A DNA stretch of 53,718 nucleotides. Source: Promethearchaeota archaeon. GTDB lineage: Archaea; Asgardarchaeota; Lokiarchaeia; Sigyniarchaeales; SOKP01. Shown in pieces: positions 35,707 through 44,005 of the stretch (positions are counted from its first letter, which is position 1; each line of letters starts with the position of its first letter). Under the pieces are notes generated by a model. That model did not search any database, was not told the DNA's origin, and saw nothing but the letters and a program-made list of their open reading frames with translations. A program made the translations under genes and the position numbers. The stretch spans positions 1-53,718 of the forward strand of contig JAGXNQ010000001.1 in assembly GCA_019894955.1 (NCBI GenBank). The letters run 5' to 3'.

Positions 35707-36915
35707 ATGACTGTTACTAAAGAAAAAAAGAAAAGAGAGGAAACCAAGGATGGAGAATATCTAATCACGTATACTAGACATCTGGAAAAAAGACTTCGTA
35801 ATTTAGAAACTGAAAAACAGTTATTAGATGCAGAGCGTATGAGATTAGAACAAGAATTAAATGGTTTGAGGAACGAAATTGATAGATTACGAGAACCTCC
35901 GTTAGTTTCTGCTACCATTATTGACTTACTTGATGAAAATGGCAAAGTTATCGTTAAAAGTTCCACGGGACCCAGTTTTGTAGTAAACGCAAGTCGGAAA
36001 GTAAAAAATGAAAAATTAACTCCGGGAATGAGAGTTGCTCTAAACCAAAGAACTTTTGCAATCATGGAAATATTACCTTTAAAATTAGATCCTTTTGTTA
36101 AAGGCATGGAAGTTATCGATTCTATTCCTGATTTATGTTATGAAGATATTGGAGGTTTGTCCGACCAACTCCTAGAAGTCAGAGAGACCGTTGAATTACC
36201 CTTAAAACGACCTGATTTATTTAAGAAGATTGGAATTGAACCTCCTAAAGGTGTATTATTATATGGTCCCCCTGGTACAGGTAAAACTTTGGTTGCAAAA
36301 GCCATAGCCCATGAAACTGAAGCTACTTTTATTAGAATTATCGGATCCGAATTAGTTCAAAAATTCATCGGAGAAGGTGCTAGATTAGTTAGAGAAATCT
36401 TTAATATGGCTAAGAAAAAAGCTCCAACGATCCTTTTTATTGATGAGTTGGATGCTATTGGTTCTCAACGATTAAAAATAGCAACCTCAGGAGATCGTGA
36501 AGTTCAAAGGACTTTAATGCAATTATTAAGCGAATTAGATGGTTTTGAGCAGCGAGGAGATGTAAAAATTATTGGCGCAACGAACAGAGTAGATATTTTA
36601 GATCCCGCTTTATTAAGGCCTGGTAGATTCGATCGAATGATCGATTTTCCAATACCAGATGATGATGCACGTTATTCAATTTTTAAAATTCACACTAGAT
36701 CCCTTAATGTAAATGAAGAAATTAATATAAAAAAGCTTGTAGATTTAACCGAAGGTGCAACTGGCGCTGATATTAAAGCGATGTGTACAGAAGCTGGAAT
36801 GTTTGCGATTCGAAAAGAAGCTGATGCAATTTCTGAAGTTGATTTCATAGATGCTGTTGAAAAAGTTATGAGTAAAGTAAAAGATAAGGGAAATGAATCA
36901 AGACTATATTCATAA
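35707..36915 (+). CDS. pan: Proteasome-activating nucleotidase PAN (Rpt-type AAA+ ATPase)
   Basis: An N-terminal coiled coil and OB domain are followed by Walker A GPPGTGKT, Walker B ILFIDELD and the second region of homology. The C-terminal LYS fits the HbYX docking motif. Confidence 0.95.
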   Translation: MTVTKEKKKREETKDGEYLITYTRHLEKRLRNLETEKQLLDAERMRLEQELNGLRNEIDRLREPPLVSATIIDLLDENGKVIVKSSTGPSFVVNASRKVKNEKLTPGMRVALNQRTFAIMEILPLKLDPFVKGMEVIDSIPDLCYEDIGGLSDQLLEVRETVELPLKRPDLFKKIGIEPPKGVLLYGPPGTGKTLVAKAIAHETEATFIRIIGSELVQKFIGEGARLVREIFNMAKKKAPTILFIDELDAIGSQRLKIATSGDREVQRTLMQLLSELDGFEQRGDVKIIGATNRVDILDPALLRPGRFDRMIDFPIPDDDARYSIFKIHTRSLNVNEEINIKKLVDLTEGATGADIKAMCTEAGMFAIRKEADAISEVDFIDAVEKVMSKVKDKGNESRLYS

Positions 36916-36972
36916 TCGTTGCATAAATGATAAAAAACTTATTTTATGTTTAAATATTTAAAACATTGAAAT

Positions 36973-37464
36973 ATGAAAAAATCTTCATCTTTTCTCATTT
37001 TAAGAAAAATAAGAGCTATTTCAGATTATCAATTTGGACCTGCTATAACTAATATACTTTTTAATGATACAGAAAGTATTAGTATAATTTTTTCCAAGAA
37101 TACTGGTAAAATGAAACATATTTACGATAAAGATAAGATTCTGTTAAATTTTCGTCCAAAAATTGGATTATTTACATTAACCTTTTATTCGGCAGCAAAG
37201 ATAATATCTGAATTACCCGTACCTAAAATGAGAGCCGTTGTTCCAAATGATATTTCAGAATTCATTCAAAAAGGTCGGAATGTCTTTTGTAAACATTTAT
37301 TAGAAATTGATATCAAATTACGACCCTTAGATGAGGTTATTGTAGTGAACCAAGAAGATGAGATACTTGCTATTGGTAGGTTATCTATGCCAATTCCATA
37401 TATCAAAACCTTTAAATCTGGTATTGCAATCAATGTTCGAAAAGGCAATAAATCAAAAATATAA
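36973..37464 (+). CDS. PUA-domain RNA-binding protein (pre-PUA plus PUA)
   Basis: The N-terminus contains LRKIRAISDYQFG. The C-terminal PUA pattern is RNVFCKHLLEIDIKLRPLDEVIVVNQEDEILAIGRLSMP...GIAINVRKG. Confidence 0.75.
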   Translation: MKKSSSFLILRKIRAISDYQFGPAITNILFNDTESISIIFSKNTGKMKHIYDKDKILLNFRPKIGLFTLTFYSAAKIISELPVPKMRAVVPNDISEFIQKGRNVFCKHLLEIDIKLRPLDEVIVVNQEDEILAIGRLSMPIPYIKTFKSGIAINVRKGNKSKI

Positions 37465-37506
37465 GGCTCAATTAATTATATCAGATTATAAATATCAAAT
37501 TATCTT

Positions 37507-37989
37507 GTGATTATAATGGTTAAATTACCAAAAGATTTACAAAATAAGGAAAAAAGTAAACCGAAAAGGCCACAAGCAGTTAAACAAAGGGAAAGCTCAC
37601 AAGCAGGATCTCGACAGATGCGTAGACGCATGCAGCAACAAGGAATAGATATGGATCAAATTGAAGCAACACGAGTGATTATTGAAGGACCTGATAAAAC
37701 ACTCATTATTGATCAACCAGAAGTAATTTTAATGAAACAAATGGGACAAGAGATTTATCAAGTAATTGGAGATGCTCACGAAGCTTCTCAAGGAGAAGAA
37801 ATAATCATTGAATCAGATCAAGACGAGGAATTATTATCCCAAGATGAAATGAAATTAGAAATCACTGAGAATGATGTGATGTTAGTAGCTAGCCAAGCAA
37901 ATGTGGAGACTGAAGAAGCCCGTGCAGTACTAAATGATTGTGATGGAGATATTGCAAAAGCTATTTTATTTTTGAAAAATCGTCCATAA
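37507..37989 (+). CDS. nac: Nascent polypeptide-associated complex protein (archaeal NAC: NAC domain plus UBA)
   Basis: The NAC domain is QQQGIDMDQIEATRVIIEGPDKTLIIDQPEVILMKQMGQEIYQVIG. The C-terminal UBA domain is ITENDVMLVASQANVETEEARAVLNDCDGDIAKAILFL. The real start is probably the ATG at 37516. Confidence 0.85.
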   Translation: MIIMVKLPKDLQNKEKSKPKRPQAVKQRESSQAGSRQMRRRMQQQGIDMDQIEATRVIIEGPDKTLIIDQPEVILMKQMGQEIYQVIGDAHEASQGEEIIIESDQDEELLSQDEMKLEITENDVMLVASQANVETEEARAVLNDCDGDIAKAILFLKNRP

Positions 37990-38060
37990 TAAAATCGAAA
38001 AAAAAAAAGTTAAGAATCATACACAATTAAAGACATCATAACTCATACGGTTTAAAAAAT

Positions 38061-38414
38061 ATGTCAAGTATAAAGAAAAAACGACCAACTCCTACTGATT
38101 CAGGTATTGAAGAGGATATTATATTTGAAAAAATTATCAATTTTACGGGTTGGATCTTTTTAGTAGCGATCTTAGGATTTTTAGGAACCTGGTTTATCTT
38201 AGATTTTACCTTGGATTTAATTGAAATTGTACTTGAAGCCCCAGTATTTGCAATTATAGTATTTTTAGGGATAAATTCTGCAATTAGTTTTGGTTTATCC
38301 TCTGTGATTAAAAGCAATAGGGATTTAAAGAAGAAATATTATTATGATTGGCTAATTGGGGAATTACTAATCTGCTTGTTTGCTATTTTCTCTGTTGCGG
38401 CATATCAATGGTAA
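38061..38414 (+). CDS. Small membrane protein (3-4 TM helices)
   Basis: Hydrophobic helices are FTGWIFLVAILGFLGTWFILDF, APVFAIIVFLGINSAISFGL and LIGELLICLFAIFSVAAY. The antisense 93-aa ORF looks like a shadow. Confidence 0.5.
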   Translation: MSSIKKKRPTPTDSGIEEDIIFEKIINFTGWIFLVAILGFLGTWFILDFTLDLIEIVLEAPVFAIIVFLGINSAISFGLSSVIKSNRDLKKKYYYDWLIGELLICLFAIFSVAAYQW

Positions 38415-38420
38415 GGTTAC

Positions 38421-38744
38421 CTACTTATAATCATTTCTCGCGGGGTTAAATACATCAATAACTTCCGAATCTTCGAGTATAAAAGCTCCGTGTTTTTCAT
38501 TTGAATTAAAAATGTAACTATCTCCTTCTTGTGCAATAAATTCTGATTGTTCTGTAATGAATCGTAATTTTCCTTTAATGACATACCCAACTTGGTGCTG
38601 TTCGTGGGAGTGTAGCGGTACTTCAGAACCTTTTTCGAGATAGAAATGACAGAGCATTAAATTTTCATTATAGGTTAAAGTCTTTCTGAATATTCCATCT
38701 AAAGCTTCTATTGCTTGGACATCTTTCTTGCTGATTTTATTCAT
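38421..38744 (-). CDS. Cupin-domain protein
   Basis: The pattern GSEVPLHSHEQHQVGYVIKGKLRF...GDSYIFNSNEKHGAF is the two-motif cupin signature. The length is 107 aa. Confidence 0.8.
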   Translation of the reverse strand: MNKISKKDVQAIEALDGIFRKTLTYNENLMLCHFYLEKGSEVPLHSHEQHQVGYVIKGKLRFITEQSEFIAQEGDSYIFNSNEKHGAFILEDSEVIDVFNPARNDYK

Positions 38745-39158
38745 AATTTCATCAAAAGAAATTATTTTTTTTTTAAATATACTCGTATTTAGTGTTCAAT
38801 CAAATAAAAAATCTCATAAACAAATCAAAAAACCATCGATGACGACATATTTTTAACTTGGAAGGATCCAATTAAAAAAAACATCAGAATATCGAATTTA
38901 TATAATGTGGTGTGTTTACTAATAGGAAAAAGCTCAACCGATTTTAAAATCACGCTCAGATAATTGATAAAATAACTTTATATTGGAGAAATGAATAAAT
39001 TTTTATATTAAAAAATGTAAAATATTAACGATAGAGATTAATTGGTTATAAGCTCAATCTCATCAAACGAGCCGACAAAATAAAATAACATTTAATTCAT
39101 TATCGGGGGAAAAAAAGGGTATAAGAATCTTTAATATCAAAAAATTAGATGATTAAAT

Positions 39159-41300
39159 ATGGTAATAATTCCTGAATCAGAACCAATAGAAGAAAAGAGA
39201 GAGAATTTAAGTAAAAGAGGTTTTTTAAATAATTTATTGCCAAGAGTCTTTAGAACTGAAGGAGATGTAGTAACTTTTGATCCTTCCAAGATAGAAGGTA
39301 GTATAATAAAAGAAACAGGTATAAACCCTGAATCTGCTAATGAATTAACGCAATTAGTTGTTCGAAGAATTATTTCTTCTGGAATTAAATTTCTTTCTGG
39401 ACCACATATTAGAGAAATTGTATGTTCTATTTTATCTGAAGAACATTATGAAGAGGCTCGAAAATTATATACTAGGATTGGAATGCCTTTAATGGATTAT
39501 GAAGCAATTTTAGAAAAAGGTATTAATGAAAATGCTAATCAAGACATGAATCCTGAAAGTATTCACCATTGGGCAGCAAATCGAATTTCAGACGAATATG
39601 CTCTTCTGAGAATTTTAGATTCTGAAGAAGCTCATGCTCATTTATACGGTGATCTTCATATTCACATGCTTAGGTATTTTGATTTGAGACCTTTTTGTCA
39701 GGAATGGGATCCAAGAATGATTTTGGAACATGGATTACCCCCTGTAGACAGTTGGGCACATTGTAGTAAGTCTGGACCCGCGGGAAGTTTACGGGTTGCA
39801 GTAACACATCTAGCAAAGTGGTTAGGGATTATTCAAGGTGAATTTTCAGGTGGGCAAGGATATGATTATATAACGACCTTTCTAGCACCATATGCAAGAG
39901 GATTGTCGAAGAGAGAAATTGAACAATCAATGCAATGTTTAATTTTTGAAACAAACCAAATTTTCGCTGCACGTGGAGGGCAAGTCCCATTCACATCAAT
40001 ATCTTGTACACCTACTGTTCCTGATGGATTAATTAAGATTCCGGCTATTGGTCCTCATGGAAAAATAAATGGTACCTACGGGGATTATAAGGTTGAATGC
40101 TTGGAACTATTTGATGCCTTAACCGATGTTTATATTCAAGGGGATCATAATGGAAAACTTTTTGCATTTCCGAAACATGAAATCAAAATTAAGAAAGAAT
40201 GGTTAAAAGAATTTGAACCTTCTTACTTGAAAGTTATGGAAGAAGTTGCAACAATGGGTACACCATATTTTCTTAATATGTGTCCAGATTGGATGCCTGA
40301 TGAAATTCATAGTCAATGTTGCCGAAAATTTTTAAGTGGTAATCAAATCATTAAACAATGCATTTTAGATCCAGAGAAAAGGAAAAATGCTAATATTTGG
40401 GAAAACTACGTGACAATAGGCTCTTTACAGAGTGTGAGCTTAAATTTACCAAGATATGCATATCTTTCTAATAACGAGGAGGATTATTTTCATATTTTAG
40501 ATGAAAAAATGGAATTAGCTGCACGTATCTTAAGAAAAAAATGGAATTTAATGGAAAAAAGATTAAAAACAGGTCATTTACCCCTATGTAGTGGTAAAAT
40601 TAACGGTGAATCGATATTTAAATTGAAAGATCAAAACCTTTCCATTGGTTTTACGGGGTTGAATGAAGCTGTTCAGAGTTTGACTAATTTTGAATTGCAT
40701 GAAAACGATATTGGTTATTCTTTAGGAAAAAGAATTCTTGAATTTATGGTAGCTAAATGCAATACCATGACAGAAAGAGATGGAAAATCATATTCTCTTT
40801 GGGAACAGCCTAGTGAATCAACCTCGAATAGATTAGCAAGGTTAGATTTAAAACACTTTCCAAAAAAAGCGATTGTTCAATCCAAGGGTAAATCCGCATA
40901 CTATACAAATTCAAGTCACTTGCGATATGATGCTAATATCCCATTATCCGAGAGAATTAGGAAACAAGGAGACTACCATCCTATTGTTGAAGGTGGCGTA
41001 ATAACACATATTTGGATGGGTGAACAAAAACCAGACATCCAAGGGCTCTGGGAATTAACTAAAAATATTTGTCTTAATACAAATACGGCTTACTTTGCAT
41101 ATACTCCTGATTTTACTTTCTGTCCTCATTGTAGAAAGATGTTCCGAGGTGGAGATTTTAAATGCCCCCAATGTCTTTCTGAAGATGTCAAGGTTTATTC
41201 TCGTATTACAGGATATTACAGCCAAGTTAATAGGTACAACCCAGGGAAAAAGGCGGAATGGGAAGCAAGAAAACGAGAAAATATATACAATATTTCCTAA
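39159..41300 (+). CDS. nrdD: Anaerobic ribonucleoside-triphosphate reductase (class III, NrdD)
   Basis: N-terminal ATP-cone-like segment, C-terminal Zn site CPHC...CPQC and glycyl-radical loop SRITGYYS. The length is 713 aa. Confidence 0.95.
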   Translation: MVIIPESEPIEEKRENLSKRGFLNNLLPRVFRTEGDVVTFDPSKIEGSIIKETGINPESANELTQLVVRRIISSGIKFLSGPHIREIVCSILSEEHYEEARKLYTRIGMPLMDYEAILEKGINENANQDMNPESIHHWAANRISDEYALLRILDSEEAHAHLYGDLHIHMLRYFDLRPFCQEWDPRMILEHGLPPVDSWAHCSKSGPAGSLRVAVTHLAKWLGIIQGEFSGGQGYDYITTFLAPYARGLSKREIEQSMQCLIFETNQIFAARGGQVPFTSISCTPTVPDGLIKIPAIGPHGKINGTYGDYKVECLELFDALTDVYIQGDHNGKLFAFPKHEIKIKKEWLKEFEPSYLKVMEEVATMGTPYFLNMCPDWMPDEIHSQCCRKFLSGNQIIKQCILDPEKRKNANIWENYVTIGSLQSVSLNLPRYAYLSNNEEDYFHILDEKMELAARILRKKWNLMEKRLKTGHLPLCSGKINGESIFKLKDQNLSIGFTGLNEAVQSLTNFELHENDIGYSLGKRILEFMVAKCNTMTERDGKSYSLWEQPSESTSNRLARLDLKHFPKKAIVQSKGKSAYYTNSSHLRYDANIPLSERIRKQGDYHPIVEGGVITHIWMGEQKPDIQGLWELTKNICLNTNTAYFAYTPDFTFCPHCRKMFRGGDFKCPQCLSEDVKVYSRITGYYSQVNRYNPGKKAEWEARKRENIYNIS

Positions 41301-41557
41301 CTAAAGAAATAAAAGATAATTCAAATCAAAAAGAATCTAGCTCACAAAAATCTGACCAATACCTAATAAGTATATTCCAGGAAATTTTTTCATAAAAAAT
41401 TATATTAAATCTTTTATTACCTAATTTTAACTGTTATATTTAAACAAAAAAGGAGAGCAGCGAATTTCTGTCGAAAAAAAAAGAAAGAAATGTCAGAAAG
41501 ATATGTTATCCTAATTTTATTTTAATTCTATAAATAGAATTCATAATTAAACATATT

Positions 41558-41878
41558 ATGAAAAAAAAAAATTCTTTTAATGAAATTCAATCTAAAATTA
41601 ACGATTGGATCCGTGATCATGGGGATTATTGGCCCCCACTATCAATGTTAAGTGCTATAATGGAAGAATTGGGTGAATTTTCACGGGAAGTAAACTATCA
41701 AGAAGGGTTTAAGCCGAAGAAATTACAACATACAGAATCTAAATTGGAAGAAGAATTGGGAGATCTTCTGTTTTCAATTGTGTGCATTGCAAATTATTAT
41801 AAAATTGATCTTGTAGATGTTTTAATGATGACTATGAAAAAGTACTTTAAAAGAGATCCTAATAGATTCATAAAATAA
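41558..41878 (+). CDS. MazG-like nucleoside-triphosphate pyrophosphohydrolase
   Basis: The EExxE...ExxD metal-binding helices are MEELGEFSREV and LEEELGDLLFSIVCIANYYKIDL. The length is 106 aa. Confidence 0.8.
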   Translation: MKKKNSFNEIQSKINDWIRDHGDYWPPLSMLSAIMEELGEFSREVNYQEGFKPKKLQHTESKLEEELGDLLFSIVCIANYYKIDLVDVLMMTMKKYFKRDPNRFIK

Positions 41879-41914
41879 TTTCTATTCTGATGGTTTATAG
41901 TTATAAAATTTTAA

Positions 41915-43132
41915 TTGGTTGCATATTTCTATATTCTATTAAACGAATTTAGAGCAATAATGTTAAAAGAAGGACTTACTAAAAAGGAAATAACTGAAAT
42001 ACTTGAAGGGAAGCTTAAACAAGATTTTTCTTACGATTCGGGATCAATATTAGGATCGATGTGTACGGATCCCCATGATTTTGGGAAGGAAATCTACACG
42101 AAATATATTTCTAAAAACCTTGGTGATCCAGGTTTATTTTTAGGAACAACAAAATTAGAAGAAGAACTCACTAGAGAAATTGGTGATTTATTCAACGGCA
42201 AAAATATAGTCGGAACATTTACTACGGGAGGATCAGAAGCGAATATTATAGCTATGAGAATTGCTAAGAAATTACATCCTGAAATAAATAAACCAGAAGT
42301 AGTCCTACCTATCTCTTCTCACATCTCTTTTGATAAAGCGGCAGATCTTTTAGGTATAAAATTGAGGAAAGCTAAGATAAAGGAGAATTATGAATTAGAT
42401 ATCGCCCATTATGCGAGTTTAATTAATAAAAATACTTGTGGAGTAGTAGGGATTGCTGGAACAACATCATTAGGATTAATTGATCCGATAAAAGAAATAG
42501 GAAATTTGGTACATGATAAAGACATCTTTTTTCATGTAGATGCTGCTTTTGGAGGTTTTATTTTACCTTTTCTAAAGGATATCGGTTACAAAGTTCCTTT
42601 ATGGGATTTTTCTGTTAAAGAAGTAGACTCTATTACTGCAGATCCTCATAAAATGGGTCTTGGTATTATTCCCTCTGGGGGATTTTTCTTAAAAGATGAA
42701 TCAATTTTAGAAAAGACGGGATTTGAAATTCCATATTTAGCAGGAGGGAATTTTAAACATTTTCATATCGTCGGCACACGACCTGGAGCTTCAGTAATTG
42801 CTTTTTGGGCTATAATGAAATATTTAGGGAGGGATGGGTTTACAAAAATGGTCCAAAACTGCATGCGGAATACTGAATATTTAGCTAAAAAAATTTCAGA
42901 AATTCAAGGGATTAAACTTGCCGCTCAACCAGTTCTTAATTTAGTTGGGATTACAACCGAAGATAATGAATCAATATGTGAAATTGATAATAAATTAAGG
43001 GAAAAGAATTGGATGTTGGGTAAATTTATAGATTTTAATCTAATTAGAGCAGTAATGATGCCTCATGTTAAATATGAACATTTGAATCGATTTATAGAGG
43101 ATCTTGAAGAAATTTTAAGCAGCTCAAAGTAA
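41915..43132 (+). CDS. mfnA: PLP-dependent tyrosine/aspartate decarboxylase (MfnA type)
   Basis: Blocks FTTGGSEANIIAMR, FHVDAAFGGF and SITADPHKMG (PLP lysine) are present. The probable real start is the ATG at 41960 (MLKEGLTKKEI), not the TTG at 41915. Confidence 0.85.
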   Translation: MVAYFYILLNEFRAIMLKEGLTKKEITEILEGKLKQDFSYDSGSILGSMCTDPHDFGKEIYTKYISKNLGDPGLFLGTTKLEEELTREIGDLFNGKNIVGTFTTGGSEANIIAMRIAKKLHPEINKPEVVLPISSHISFDKAADLLGIKLRKAKIKENYELDIAHYASLINKNTCGVVGIAGTTSLGLIDPIKEIGNLVHDKDIFFHVDAAFGGFILPFLKDIGYKVPLWDFSVKEVDSITADPHKMGLGIIPSGGFFLKDESILEKTGFEIPYLAGGNFKHFHIVGTRPGASVIAFWAIMKYLGRDGFTKMVQNCMRNTEYLAKKISEIQGIKLAAQPVLNLVGITTEDNESICEIDNKLREKNWMLGKFIDFNLIRAVMMPHVKYEHLNRFIEDLEEILSSSK

Positions 43133-43201
43133 ATCTTAATAAGAATGAAAGTAATTTTATAATTTAAGAACTCTAAGAATTAAGAGAATACCACTTTAAG
43201 A

Positions 43202-43987
43202 TTGAAAAAAAGAATGGCGAAAGATAAGAAAAAGTCATTGGGAATTAAAACAACCAGATATTTTACAAAAACGTGCTTAAATTGCAATTTTGAATATCCA
43301 AATTGGTTTACAAATTGTCCAAAATGTGGTATAGCCTGGGACTTTGTTGAAGCAGAAAAGACTAGTGGTACAAAGGATGCCCTAAAGAAAACAATTAAAA
43401 TCATAGTTAAAATAACCGAAGAAGATTTTGATGAAGCTCTTGAGCGAGTTCAATTGAATTTTTCTGCTGATCAAGGAATTTCATGGTATCAAATGGAAAT
43501 GATAAGTAAAACTGATTATTTCGTTGCAGAACTTGCGGATGTGCCCACAGGATCTACTATCATCTACTTTATTGAGGTGCGATTAAAAAATGGAGAGATC
43601 ATAGTAGAAAATAATGATGGTAATTATTATTATTATATTGTGGGATCACCTTATGAGGATACTTCAAGCTCATCAATTAATTCCAAAAAAATTGAAAATC
43701 AAGAAATTTCGAAAAAAGTAGAGATTCCAGAAAAACCGAAAAAACAAGAAGTAATTACTCGTCCTATTAAACAAGAATATTTCAAACCAAAGACTGAAAC
43801 CCCAAAAATGCCCCATCGAGTTTCTAAAATTCAGACTCCTCAAAATCTAAAAGATTATCGAGCTGAAGATAATATTACGATATTTGGTAATCCTCAAACT
43901 GAAATCGACCCTGATCTTAAATTATGTCCTCACTGTAATTCAAAAATAAAGAAAATGTGGAATACCTGTCCTATTTGTGGAAAATAA
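43202..43987 (+). CDS. Hypothetical protein with Zn ribbons at both termini flanking a beta-rich domain and a K/E/P-rich linker
   Basis: The N-terminal ribbon is CLNCNFEYPNWFTNCPKCG and the C-terminal ribbon is CPHCNSKIKKMWNTCPICGK. The central part WYQMEMISKTDYFVAELADVPTGSTIIYFIEVRLKNGEIIVENNDGNYYYYIV looks like an Ig/CBM-type beta sandwich. The probable start is the ATG at 43214. Confidence 0.6.
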   Translation: MKKRMAKDKKKSLGIKTTRYFTKTCLNCNFEYPNWFTNCPKCGIAWDFVEAEKTSGTKDALKKTIKIIVKITEEDFDEALERVQLNFSADQGISWYQMEMISKTDYFVAELADVPTGSTIIYFIEVRLKNGEIIVENNDGNYYYYIVGSPYEDTSSSSINSKKIENQEISKKVEIPEKPKKQEVITRPIKQEYFKPKTETPKMPHRVSKIQTPQNLKDYRAEDNITIFGNPQTEIDPDLKLCPHCNSKIKKMWNTCPICGK

Positions 43988-44005
43988 ACATTAGGTATTA
44001 AAATT

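Noticed and set aside
35697-36107. 136-aa minus-strand ORF overlapping the 5' part of pan
   Set aside because: It is antisense to a highly conserved AAA+ ATPase gene, has no motifs, and its composition is typical of a shadow frame.
38036-38317. 93-aa minus-strand ORF opposite the 117-aa membrane-protein ORF
   Set aside because: The plus-strand frame yields clean TM helices and a charged N-terminus. The minus frame is I/K/S-rich without structure. Only one of the two can be real, and the plus frame is favoured with modest confidence.
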